32,000 nt of DNA from Candidatus Methanoperedens sp. (GCA_041494705.1 JBGQBI010000002.1:210001-242000), one strand, 5' to 3'. Positions 1-8,204 are shown, counted from the first letter of the stretch. Made by a program: numbers and translations. Notes: generated by a model not told the origin, from the letters alone.

Positions 1-1
1 T

Positions 2-490
2 ATGGAAGGATTGATGAAGAACCGCTATATAGGGCGGACTTTCATCATGCCCGGCCAGGATATGAGGGAGACTGCGGTCAGATTGAAACTCAATACAATA
101 AAGCCAAATATAGAAGGCAAACGCGTTGTGCTCATCGACGACAGCATTGTGCGCGGGACAACCTCGCGGCGGATAATAGATTTGATTCGTAAAGCAGGAA
201 CGAAGGAGATCCACATGAGGGTTGCCAGCCCGCCGATTATTTCACCGTGTTATCTGGGGATTGACATGGCTACAAGAGAGGAACTTGTGGCTGCTTATAA
301 GTCGGTGAAAGGTGTTGAGGCTTTGATTAATGCCGATTCGCTGGGGTATTTGAGCATTGAAGGGCTTGTGAGCTCTATCGGGATTCCCATGGATGACCTG
401 TGCGTGGGTTGTCTGAGCGGTGTTTATCCTGTTGAGATTCCTGGCGAGAAGTGTTCAAGAAGGCAGTTGAAGTTGTCGGAGTTTGATTAA
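2..490 (+). CDS. purF: Amidophosphoribosyltransferase (PurF), C-terminal fragment; the 5' end lies outside the window
   Basis: ORF is open to the left edge. It has the PRTase motif [14 protein letters not shown] followed by a PurF-type C-terminal region ([25 protein letters not shown]). Confidence 0.9.
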   Translation: MEGLMKNRYIGRTFIMPGQDMRETAVRLKLNTIKPNIEGKRVVLIDDSIVRGTTSRRIIDLIRKAGTKEIHMRVASPPIISPCYLGIDMATREELVAAYKSVKGVEALINADSLGYLSIEGLVSSIGIPMDDLCVGCLSGVYPVEIPGEKCSRRQLKLSEFD

Positions 491-573
491 TTTCAAAAGA
501 ATGCATATCATTGGTTTTTCAAAATTAAGGGAAAACTAAAAAAGAGAGAACTGATATTAAACAATGAGGCATA

Positions 574-1212
574 ATGACTATGGGCATAATAAAAAGGCTG
601 GGGCTGAACTTTAAGTGGATAAAACGGTTATTCAAGAAAAGGAAAGCGAGGATTGGAATATACGGTCCTCCCAATGCGGGGAAGACTACGCTTGCGAACA
701 GGATTGTTAGGGACTGGACCGGCGATGCCATGGGTTCGGTATCCCATATCCCTCATGAAACCCGCAGGGCGAGAAGGCGCGAAGGTGTGACCATCGAATG
801 CAACGGCTCGTCTGTGACTCTGGATATAATTGATACGCCCGGACTTGCCACCAAAATCGATTTCCATGATTTCATGGCTTTTGGCCTGACTGAAGAAGAA
901 TCGAAACGGCGGGCAAAAGAAGCGACTGAAGGTGTGATTGAAGCTGTTAAATGGCTGGATGACCTTGATGGTGTGATACTTGTTATGGATGCGACAGAAG
1001 ACCCATATACGCAGGTGAATGTGACCGTGATAGGCAATATGGAAGCGCGGAAGCTTCCGCTTTTGATAGCAGCCAATAAGATCGACCTTCCCACCTCATC
1101 CCCTGCAAGGATTCACAGCGCGTTCCCGCAGCACCCCCTCGTGCCCATATCCGCTCTTGAAGGGCAGAACATAGATGCACTGTACCAACAAATTGCTGAC
1201 CACTTCGGGTGA
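574..1212 (+). CDS. Small GTP-binding protein (Era/HSR1-like P-loop GTPase) with a basic amphipathic N-terminal extension
   Basis: G1 GPPNAGKT, G3 DTPG, G4 NKID, G5 SAL. The N-terminus is GIIKRLGLNFKWIKRLFKKRKA. The start could be 574 or 580. Confidence 0.8.
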   Translation: MTMGIIKRLGLNFKWIKRLFKKRKARIGIYGPPNAGKTTLANRIVRDWTGDAMGSVSHIPHETRRARRREGVTIECNGSSVTLDIIDTPGLATKIDFHDFMAFGLTEEESKRRAKEATEGVIEAVKWLDDLDGVILVMDATEDPYTQVNVTVIGNMEARKLPLLIAANKIDLPTSSPARIHSAFPQHPLVPISALEGQNIDALYQQIADHFG

Positions 1213-1260
1213 TTATTATGAAAAACTTTATGAACGCTTTATCAAAAACTGTTGCGTCAG

Positions 1261-1441
1261 TTTACACCGCACACACGTATAGCTTCGCTATACGTGGATA
1301 CCGCAAAACCGTCGCGCCGCTTTACTTCGCAGATACGTATGGCTTTGCCATACGTGGACACTGCGTAAACCGAAGTTTCGGTTTTCAAACGACAGGTATG
1401 CAAAGCATACCTGAACACCGCATAAAACGAGGTGTCGCTTT
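1261..1441 (+). repeat. Three tandem ~60-nt units, each with a perfect 9-10 bp hairpin, plus one extra 8-bp hairpin; lies between the GTPase and DUF2073-like genes
   Basis: Stems: 1274-1283/1287-1296 (CACGTATAGC/GCTATACGTG), 1335-1343/1347-1355 (ACGTATGGC/GCCATACGT), 1393-1401/1405-1413 (CAGGTATGC/GCATACCTG). Extra hairpin at 1367-1374/1377-1384 (AAACCGAA/TTCGGTTT). Units 1 and 2 each start TTTAC..CGCA and end their hairpin in GTGGA. Confidence 0.85.
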
Positions 1442-1804
1442 ATGATTAAAGGAATTCAAATGGATTTAATATCAGAGGATAAACTCGATTCCATGACCTC
1501 GATGGAAAAGGTGCGGTTAATCCTGGATGAGGTAAGAAACGGGAAAATCCTTATACTTGAGAAAGGGCTCACCCCGAATGAGCAGACAAAACTTATAGAG
1601 CTAACCATGACAGAGATAGCGCCAGACGATTTCTCAGGGATTGAGATCGAGAGTTACCCTGTAAAACATGATAGCAATATACTGGGTAAACTGTTCGGGA
1701 AAACCACTGTGAAGACAAGGCTTACAGTAATAGGTCCTGCAGACCAGCTAAAGACGATAAAAAAGGACAGGGACCTGATAAGCGCCCTTGTTTCAGCACC
1801 ATAG
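1442..1804 (+). CDS. Conserved archaeal protein of unknown function (resembles the family I recall as DUF2073)
   Basis: 120-aa ORF. Its ATG overlaps the stop of the repeat-spanning ORF (ATGA at 1442-1445). An alternative start is 1460 (MDLISEDK). It sits in the GTPase/Zn-ribbon neighbourhood typical of Euryarchaeota. Confidence 0.7.
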   Translation: MIKGIQMDLISEDKLDSMTSMEKVRLILDEVRNGKILILEKGLTPNEQTKLIELTMTEIAPDDFSGIEIESYPVKHDSNILGKLFGKTTVKTRLTVIGPADQLKTIKKDRDLISALVSAP

Positions 1805-1808
1805 TTTT

Positions 1809-2228
1809 ATGCCACATAAATGTACGCGATGCGAGGGTATTTTCAAGGACGGCGCTGCAATAATACTTAACGGCTGCCCGAAATGCGGCTGGAATAAGTT
1901 CCTGTATGTGAAAGACGCAGATGAACCCCATTCCGAAACCAGAATAAAGGAGGCAGTTCCCCCCGCTGCCTCAAGATTTATCAAAGAGGTTGATGAGATT
2001 CTTGGAAACAAGGTAGCGCAGCCCGAATCAAATGAAGTGAAAGCGGAACCGAAACCTGAAATAGGCGAGCGGGTAGAATCCGTGAGAATAGTATCCCCCG
2101 GTTCATATGAATTAAATCTAGAATCGCTCTTGGAAAGAGATGAAATCGTAATGGCGCTTAAAGAAGACGGGACATACATTGTCCATTTGCCCTCGGTCTT
2201 CCAGAAAAAGAAACATCATGAGCGGTAA
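1809..2228 (+). CDS. Zn-ribbon protein of unknown function (resembles archaeal DUF2072 family)
   Basis: MPHKCTRCEG...NGCPKCGW gives a CxxC...CxxC ribbon at the N-terminus. The ATG at 1809 lies 4 nt after the upstream stop (1802-1804). The track ORF extends to 1788, but that stretch overlaps the upstream gene. Confidence 0.75.
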   Translation: MPHKCTRCEGIFKDGAAIILNGCPKCGWNKFLYVKDADEPHSETRIKEAVPPAASRFIKEVDEILGNKVAQPESNEVKAEPKPEIGERVESVRIVSPGSYELNLESLLERDEIVMALKEDGTYIVHLPSVFQKKKHHER

Positions 2229-2656
2229 AATGTGTCGGGTGTTGAATTAAGATTGGAGTATTCCTTTGCGCGGGGCGAGTCTGGGGTGGAAACGAAGATG
2301 GAATTTATACTGGCTCCAAGCTTGCGTGAATCGTGCAAATAAAATCCCTTTTCAGGCCGCGAGATATTTTTCACGTTGAGAATTGTTTCGTCCTGGTTCA
2401 TTTTCACAATATCATAATCAAAATTCGAGAAGAGTTCTCTTATTTTAGGTTCAATGCTTTTACTTCCGAATAGAAGAATATACATTTTTGGAATTTTACC
2501 AAGGTCATAATTCACTATGAATGTGGCATTGGTTTTATCAAAATTAATTGTGAGTGAAGTAATTTCAAAAGTATGATTTGCAGACGTCCCTTCTGAGATT
2601 GGAAGTATTGATGCGAAAACCAATACAATGAAAATTACCATGATTGATTTTTTCAT
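2216..2656 (-). CDS. Hypothetical secreted protein with an N-terminal signal/anchor
   Basis: MKKSIMVIFIVLVFASILPISEG signal-like N-terminus and several N-x-S/T sequons. No recognisable family. Its 3' end overlaps the convergent Zn-ribbon gene by 13 nt. Confidence 0.55.
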   Translation of the reverse strand: MKKSIMVIFIVLVFASILPISEGTSANHTFEITSLTINFDKTNATFIVNYDLGKIPKMYILLFGSKSIEPKIRELFSNFDYDIVKMNQDETILNVKNISRPEKGFYLHDSRKLGASINSIFVSTPDSPRAKEYSNLNSTPDTFYRS

Positions 2657-2895
2657 CTTGGAATTACCATGTACTCTTCGAATATATCTTTTTGCATCGT
2701 TTTGTTAACTGCCGCTTTTCTGCAAAAACCAGATTTGGTAATGTTTCTTTGCCCATTCCGAATTTACTTTTCCATTAATAATACCTTGCAGTGACTCAAT
2801 ATTATTTTCCATATTTTTTTGAAGACCGTATTTTATTCATCCAGCATACCCTAAAAAGAAAGTTATTTGATATATTAAATCATTACTTGGGTATC

Positions 2896-3081
2896 ATGGA
2901 AAAAAATAGTCCTTTTTTTACAGCTTCTATGGCAACAATTTTGTATTTTATCATTCTCGTCATGCTAAAATATTTCCTGCAACATAAAACCGTGGATTGG
3001 CAGGACGTACTGGTTGCAATAGGTTTCTGGATTGTTATTTTTCTTGTACATCAATTCCTTAATAGACGTTACGGAAGTTAG
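2896..3081 (+). CDS. Hypothetical small membrane protein (2 predicted TM helices)
   Basis: ATG at 2896 (MEKNSPFF...). Hydrophobic segments ILYFIILVML and VAIGFWIVIFLV. AT-rich context. The track ORF begins at a GTG at 2791. Confidence 0.3.
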   Translation: MEKNSPFFTASMATILYFIILVMLKYFLQHKTVDWQDVLVAIGFWIVIFLVHQFLNRRYGS

Positions 3082-3096
3082 TTTTATATTTTTATA

Positions 3097-3240
3097 TCAC
3101 AATGCTTTTTTTAAAAATAAATACACGATATAAGCGATTATCAAAACTGCTAAGAGCCATAAAAGCTTGAATACTATCCCTATTAAAATAAATGCAATAA
3201 CCAGAGCAATTATCGCAATCATAATATCTGTAAGTTTCAT
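3097..3240 (-). CDS. Hypothetical small membrane protein
   Basis: ATG at 3240 (MKLTDIMIAIIALVIAFILIGIVFKLLWLLAVLIIAYIVYLF). The track ORF starts at a TTG at 3282. No known family. Confidence 0.3.
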   Translation of the reverse strand: MKLTDIMIAIIALVIAFILIGIVFKLLWLLAVLIIAYIVYLFLKKAL

Positions 3241-3349
3241 AGTTAAAGATTTCTTTTTGGTACTTAAATCTTTATCCTGCAAAAAATCAATGAATGAATA
3301 GCATGCGCATAGGAATCATCCATCAAAATTCCGCCGCGTAACATTAAAC

Positions 3350-3928
3350 TTAGCCTTTAAATTGTTTCAGTTTTAAAAAATTCTCCACAATCCTCAACCC
3401 TTCCGGCGTGAGCACTGACTCGGGATGGAACTGCAAGCCGAATATCGGTCTCTTCCTGTGCTTCACTCCCATAATTATGCCATCTTTCGTCTTAGCCGTA
3501 ATCTCAAGCTCTTGCGGCAGCCTTGTTATGGCAAGGGAATGGTACCGTCCTCCCACCACAGGGTTGGGCAGGCCCTGATAAATGCCGTCGCCGTTGTGGT
3601 ATATCTGCGAAGTTTTCCCGTGGAGGGGTCCTGATGGCGAGTGGCTCACCTCGCCGCCGAAAGCAACCGCTATCGCCTGATGACCGAGGCACACGCCAAG
3701 CAGGGGAACACTCGATTCCCTGATAATCTCAAGGCAGGTTCCAATATCCTTCGGGTTTGCCGGATGCCCCGGACCGGGCGATATCACAATTGCATCAGGA
3801 TTGATTTCCTTAACTTCCCTGAGTGAAATGGTATTTGGAACAACAATTGTATCAGGCTCGAATATCGAAACGTAATCCACAAGGTTCCAGACAAAAGAGT
3901 CCTTATTGTTAACGAATAAGACCTTCAT
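3350..3928 (-). CDS. trpG: Anthranilate synthase component II (glutamine amidotransferase)
   Basis: Class-I GATase triad context GVCLGHQAI ... FHPES. ATGA overlap with the trpE stop (3925-3928). Confidence 0.9.
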   Translation of the reverse strand: MKVLFVNNKDSFVWNLVDYVSIFEPDTIVVPNTISLREVKEINPDAIVISPGPGHPANPKDIGTCLEIIRESSVPLLGVCLGHQAIAVAFGGEVSHSPSGPLHGKTSQIYHNGDGIYQGLPNPVVGGRYHSLAITRLPQELEITAKTKDGIIMGVKHRKRPIFGLQFHPESVLTPEGLRIVENFLKLKQFKG

Positions 3929-5451
3929 GGCAACCCTCCAATCGCCTTAATCATCGCCGCCATCTTGCGCTCTGTCTCGTTATACTCGTATTCGGGGTCA
4001 GAATCAGCCACAATCCCGGCGCCCGCCTGCACTACTGCCGTTCTGCCGTTCTTGATTATCGTCCTTATCACGATGGCAAAATCCGCATCCCCGTTCCAGG
4101 AATAATAGCCCACGCCACCGCCGTAGATTCCTCTTGCATCTTTCTCAAGGTCGTGTATTATCTCCATTGCCCGAATCTTGGGCGCGCCCGAAAGCGTACC
4201 AGCCGGGAATATGGCGCGTGTGGCATCGAACTGGTCGCATTCATCGCGCAGCTCGCCGGAAACGGTGCTCTCTATATGCTGGATATGGGAGTATTTCAGG
4301 ACTGACATGAAATCATCCACTTTCACAGAGCCCCCTTTTGAGACCATCCGCACATCGTTGCGCCCGAGGTCAACGAGCATCACATGCTCAGCCCGCTCTT
4401 TTTCGCTTTCCAGCATCTCCTTTGCGTATGCTTCATCCTCGGCTTTAGAATTCCCGCGCGGGCATGAGCCGGCTATCGGGTTGATTATAACCTTCCGTTT
4501 ATGGACAGAAAGCAAAGTCTCCGGGCTTGCGCCTATGATACTTGTGCCGTTAAACTCAAAAAGATACATGTAAGGGCTTGGATTGACGCTGCGGAGCACT
4601 GTGTATAGTTCAAGCGGCGTCTGGTCTGTTGTTACCTCGTACCTGCGTGATAGTACCACCTGGAAAATGTCGCCGTCGATAATGTGTTTTTTTGCCTTCC
4701 TCACAGCATCTTCGTATTCTTCTTTTCCCATATTGCATGTTATTTGCGCCGGCTTGTTTTTCTTTGAAACATGCGCATTGGCGTTGCTTATCACTATTGC
4801 AAGCTTTTCAGCATCCGCTTTAGCACTTTGATATACAGCCTCTGGATTATCTCCCTTCATGACGAACGGTGTAACCACTATATACGTCTCATTGGTCATG
4901 TGGTCAAAAACCACGGTTTTTGTGGTGAGTGCAAACTGCGCGTCAGGAGTATTGCTCTTCTTTGGCGGGATATCCAGCCAGCAATCATACACCATATCAT
5001 AAGCGCAAAAGCCGATAGCTCCGCCAAGAAAGGTTTGCCTGTCAAAACTTTTGCCGATAAATTTAACTTTTGAGGCTGCAAAAGCCGCCCTTATGGCATC
5101 CATCGTATCAAATCCAGCTTTAAGCTTGCTTTCCCTTCCCTTTCCGGAATCGCAAACTTCCGAAAGCGAGGACTCGATTAGCTTAATCAGGTTTGTCCTG
5201 TGCGTGTAATCAAGCGTTAACATCCGGTTCTTTATTGTAATGACCGCATCTGGCAATGCCCCGACGAAGGAGAAACGGGCATGCTTTTTTTCCTTCTCCA
5301 CTGATTCAAGAAGGTATGCGCATTTTTTATCCATCGCTGCGTAAAGGTCAAGAGGGGAGCATTCGGTCTGTACCTTCGCCATAAGCTGGATAATGACAGG
5401 CTTTTCCTCTGCAAGGCTTATGAAATCCGGTTCACTTATATCAAATTCCAT
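3925..5451 (-). CDS. trpE: Anthranilate synthase component I
   Basis: Chorismate-binding C-terminal region (LSRRYE, GIYGGGVGY, GAGIVADSDPEYEYNET). The likely start is the ATG at 5451 (MEFDISEP); the track ORF extends to 5463. Confidence 0.92.
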   Translation of the reverse strand: MEFDISEPDFISLAEEKPVIIQLMAKVQTECSPLDLYAAMDKKCAYLLESVEKEKKHARFSFVGALPDAVITIKNRMLTLDYTHRTNLIKLIESSLSEVCDSGKGRESKLKAGFDTMDAIRAAFAASKVKFIGKSFDRQTFLGGAIGFCAYDMVYDCWLDIPPKKSNTPDAQFALTTKTVVFDHMTNETYIVVTPFVMKGDNPEAVYQSAKADAEKLAIVISNANAHVSKKNKPAQITCNMGKEEYEDAVRKAKKHIIDGDIFQVVLSRRYEVTTDQTPLELYTVLRSVNPSPYMYLFEFNGTSIIGASPETLLSVHKRKVIINPIAGSCPRGNSKAEDEAYAKEMLESEKERAEHVMLVDLGRNDVRMVSKGGSVKVDDFMSVLKYSHIQHIESTVSGELRDECDQFDATRAIFPAGTLSGAPKIRAMEIIHDLEKDARGIYGGGVGYYSWNGDADFAIVIRTIIKNGRTAVVQAGAGIVADSDPEYEYNETERKMAAMIKAIGGLP

Positions 5452-6091
5452 GCATCCTCGCATTATTGATAAAAGCCATCACTTTCTTTTCGTCTTTTTT
5501 CCCATCCGTTTCCACGCCCGAAGCCGTATCGACCGCATACGGGCGCACGCTTCTGACCGCTTCCTTGACATTTTCAGGATTCAAACCGCCTGCCAGTATT
5601 ACAGGCATGCCTGCATGAAGAACTACTTCTGAACTTATCCCCCAGTCATGCTGCGCTCCCGTTCCGCCGGTTTTCCCATCAATCGCGGTATCGAGAAGAA
5701 CGGCATCTGCTATTCCTGAAAGATCACTAATCTGTTTTATCAGAGTTCCGACTTTCGAATCCCGGGATACCGGGATTGTTTTAATGAGCTTTACCCCGGT
5801 TTCCTTTATTTGTTTAAGTTCAGAAATCGCCATTGCATTATGTACCTGAACCGCACCCGGTCTTGCAGTCTTTATCATCTGGATTGCCTGCTCGGCTGTT
5901 TCCGGCATTATTACAAGCACCGAAGTCATAAAAACAGGTACTTTTGAAATCAGCCTTGATGCCTCGGAAATACTGATTTTCCTGGGTGAATCCACGGGTA
6001 CTTCGGTTATGAATCCCACAGCGTCAGCCCCTGCATTTATTGCCATGTTAAGGTCGCGGTCTGCTTTTATGCCGCATATTTTTACTTTCAT
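5441..6091 (-). CDS. trpF: Phosphoribosylanthranilate isomerase
   Basis: MKVKICGIKADRDLNMAINAGADAVGFI N-terminus is typical of PRAI. The ATG at 6091 lies 10 nt after the trpD stop and is preceded by GAGAGAAAAG. Confidence 0.9.
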   Translation of the reverse strand: MKVKICGIKADRDLNMAINAGADAVGFITEVPVDSPRKISISEASRLISKVPVFMTSVLVIMPETAEQAIQMIKTARPGAVQVHNAMAISELKQIKETGVKLIKTIPVSRDSKVGTLIKQISDLSGIADAVLLDTAIDGKTGGTGAQHDWGISSEVVLHAGMPVILAGGLNPENVKEAVRSVRPYAVDTASGVETDGKKDEKKVMAFINNARMHGI

Positions 6092-6101
6092 TCTTTTCTC
6101 T

Positions 6102-7130
6102 CTACAAAAACCGCGCAAGCTTTCCGGGGTCGCCTGCCGCGTTCACGAAGTCTTTCAATTTATCCATGGCTGCGCCGCTGTCAATAGACCGGTTCGCCAA
6201 TACAATGCCGGATTCGATGGTATCAGCCTTACCGCTGACGAACAGGGCTGCTCCTGCATTTATTGCTATGATATCCCTCTTTGGACCTTTTTTCCCTTTT
6301 AGCACTTCCACGATATCCCGCGCATTGTCCTCAGGGGTTCCGCCTGCGATTTCACTGGCCGTGGCGCGCCTGATGCCAAGCTTTTCCGGCGTCAGGGTAT
6401 ATTTTGTTATCCTGCCCCTATTCAATTCTGCTACCCGGGTTTCGCCTGTATTTGATATCTCATCCATGCCGCTGCCGTGGACAACGAGCGCCCTTTCAGT
6501 CCCGAGTATGTTAAGGACGTTAGCCATGGGTTCGCACAGGGAGCCGTCAAAAACACCTATCAACTGCGCCTTTGCATTCGCTGGGTTCGTAAGCGGCCCG
6601 AGGATATTGAACACAGTCCTGAAACCCAGGTCCCGCCTTATCTGCGCCACTCGTTTCATCGAGGGGTGAAATACAGGAGCGAGCATGAACCCTATTCCCG
6701 TTTTTTCTATAGTCTTTTGGACATCCTGCGGTGATGAGTCAATCTTTACGCCGAGTTCCTTGAGTACATCGGCGCTTCCTGATTTTGAAGTGATTGAATA
6801 GTTGCCGTGCTTTGCTACAAAAACACCGCATGCAGCGGTCACTATGGCTGCTCCCGTACTTACATTGATTGTGCCTGTCGAATCTCCGCCGGTGCCGCAG
6901 GTATCGATAAGTGTGCCGGCAACCTTCGGGGAAATAATATTGGCGGCTTTCTTCATGCCAAGCGCCAGCCCCGCTATCTCAGCAGGCGTTTCACCCTTCA
7001 TCTTCAGGGCTGTCAGGAATGCAGCTATCTGCGCATCGGTCGCCTCGCTGAATATCTTGGTTATTGCAAGTCCCGCCTCTTCTGTAGTCAGACTCTGGTT
7101 CTGTATGAGTTTCAGGATATATTCTTTCAT
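6102..7130 (-). CDS. trpD: Anthranilate phosphoribosyltransferase
   Basis: GTGGDSTGTINVSTGAAIV and KHGN motifs. It is the first gene of the minus-strand trpD-F-E-G string. Confidence 0.92.
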   Translation of the reverse strand: MKEYILKLIQNQSLTTEEAGLAITKIFSEATDAQIAAFLTALKMKGETPAEIAGLALGMKKAANIISPKVAGTLIDTCGTGGDSTGTINVSTGAAIVTAACGVFVAKHGNYSITSKSGSADVLKELGVKIDSSPQDVQKTIEKTGIGFMLAPVFHPSMKRVAQIRRDLGFRTVFNILGPLTNPANAKAQLIGVFDGSLCEPMANVLNILGTERALVVHGSGMDEISNTGETRVAELNRGRITKYTLTPEKLGIRRATASEIAGGTPEDNARDIVEVLKGKKGPKRDIIAINAGAALFVSGKADTIESGIVLANRSIDSGAAMDKLKDFVNAAGDPGKLARFL

Positions 7131-7140
7131 AATATTTCAC

Positions 7141-7183
7141 TGTACAATCTTGTACAATGATGTATAAATGAGTACATTGTATA
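7141..7183. promoter_or_regulatory. Phased array of TGTACA-type boxes (TRP-box-like) overlapping TATA-like elements in the trpD/7230 divergent promoter region
   Basis: TGTACA at 7141-7146 and 7151-7156, TGTATA at 7161-7166, AGTACA at 7171-7176, TGTATA at 7178-7183. The first four starts are spaced 10 nt apart. The array lies 11-53 nt upstream of the trpD ATG (7130). Confidence 0.45.
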
Positions 7184-7229
7184 TAAAAGTTACGTGATGC
7201 TTTAATATAAGAAAAGCATAAGAGGGGGC

Positions 7230-8123
7230 ATGAAGCAGCAGGATGCATACAAATTACTCGCCGCATTTATGATTTTAATCATGATTATCGTGCCCGTGGC
7301 TTATGTCATAACAAGCCCGAGAAGCGACACGTCATTGCAGACATCCGCTCAGCAATCGCAGCAGGACAAATACAATCCCGAATTCTGGAATGTCGACCAG
7401 CCGTTCTATTCAATTGCAGATGCTCTCAACATGACACCTTACGGGGCAATCACAGCGGATTTTGTTGATATTGATGGTATGACGCCTCAGATGAAACAGG
7501 CGGTTTTACAATATTCTCCAGAAATAAGCGGATTGATAAATGACCTGGACAACAGGATTTACAAATCAAATACCACAAAAATGTATTTTGCAACCCTGCC
7601 AAGTATCCAGCAAGGAGTACCAAACTTCCTTCTGCTGAGTACGATGGACCCTGATAGGAATGATTTTGAATATATTGTGATCCCCAACACAACTGATATC
7701 CTCAGAAGACAGGATACAGGCGCAATAAACATAATGGGAAACCCTGTTATTTATGCCCCACACGATGAAACCGCGAGTGAGGTTTTGGCAATCATGTACG
7801 GTCTGAATAAAACAAAAACTTCGTATGATTTATATGATGGACTGCTCAATAAAGTTGAGCCTGCACAGTATCAAACAATAAGTTCAAACGTGACCTTTGC
7901 AAAACAATTTTATATTGGTGTCCGGACAACCAATGGGAGTTATGAAAGGACCACCGCATACATGGATGTGAACTCAAGCACTCTGAAAAAACTCAATAGC
8001 TTAAAAGTCAACAGCACAAAAAATGGTTTCGAACGATATAACCTGACAACAAGCGGAAATTATACTTATGTCAGGATAGTATCACTTGATATTTTCAGAG
8101 TATTTAACGAAGAGATTTATTAG
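7230..8123 (+). CDS. Hypothetical membrane-anchored extracellular protein, rich in N-glycosylation sequons
   Basis: N-terminal TM segment LLAAFMILIMIIVPVAYVI. About 10 N-x-S/T sequons (NMT, NTT, NKT, NVT, NGS, NSS, NST, NLT, NYT). No recognisable family. Confidence 0.6.
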   Translation: MKQQDAYKLLAAFMILIMIIVPVAYVITSPRSDTSLQTSAQQSQQDKYNPEFWNVDQPFYSIADALNMTPYGAITADFVDIDGMTPQMKQAVLQYSPEISGLINDLDNRIYKSNTTKMYFATLPSIQQGVPNFLLLSTMDPDRNDFEYIVIPNTTDILRRQDTGAINIMGNPVIYAPHDETASEVLAIMYGLNKTKTSYDLYDGLLNKVEPAQYQTISSNVTFAKQFYIGVRTTNGSYERTTAYMDVNSSTLKKLNSLKVNSTKNGFERYNLTTSGNYTYVRIVSLDIFRVFNEEIY

Positions 8124-8126
8124 CGC

Positions 8127-8136
8127 AAAATATATA
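8127..8136 (+). promoter_or_regulatory. Candidate archaeal TATA box upstream of rpl7ae
   Basis: AAAATATATA lies 80 nt upstream of the rpl7ae ATG. This would put the TSS near 8160 and give a ~55-nt leader. Confidence 0.3.
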
Positions 8137-8204
8137 CCTCTTGATGATGTAGAGAAGCCGATACTTTTTAATCGGATGAATGATGAAGGATTAAATCCTG
8201 AAGG
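8137..8204 (+). promoter_or_regulatory. Box C/D-like (K-turn) motifs in the rpl7ae upstream region and leader
   Basis: UGAUGA at 8142-8147, AUGAUGA at 8180-8186, CUGA at 8198-8201. Hairpin AGGAU(8187-8191)/AUCCU(8195-8199) is flanked on both sides by GA. CCU(8137-8139)/AGG(8202-8204) could form a C-stem. Confidence 0.35.

Noticed and set aside
1261-1441. A CRISPR-like array.
   Set aside because: There are only three degenerate units with no unique spacers between them. The units are contiguous, and no cas genes lie nearby.
1209-1445. A 78-aa ORF that exactly fills the gap between the GTPase and DUF2073-like genes. It has a GTGA overlap at 1209-1212 and an ATGA overlap at 1442-1445, and a 20-codon repeat periodicity.
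   Set aside because: The region is built from perfect hairpins whose differences are compensatory on both stem arms, including a G.U-compatible change. This is the signature of selection on nucleic-acid structure. The peptide (…YSFAIRGYRK…YGFAIRGHCV…) matches nothing I recognise. Coding cannot be formally excluded without orthologue comparison.
8137-8204. A stand-alone C/D box sRNA upstream of rpl7ae (box C 8141-8147, C' 8180-8186, D 8198-8201, total ~65 nt).
   Set aside because: No convincing D' box lies 10-12 nt after box C; only CCGA at 8158 or AUGA abutting C' are candidates. The C-to-C' spacing of 33 nt is too long, and the best TATA box would start transcription inside the element. It is kept only as a K-turn-motif regulatory candidate.
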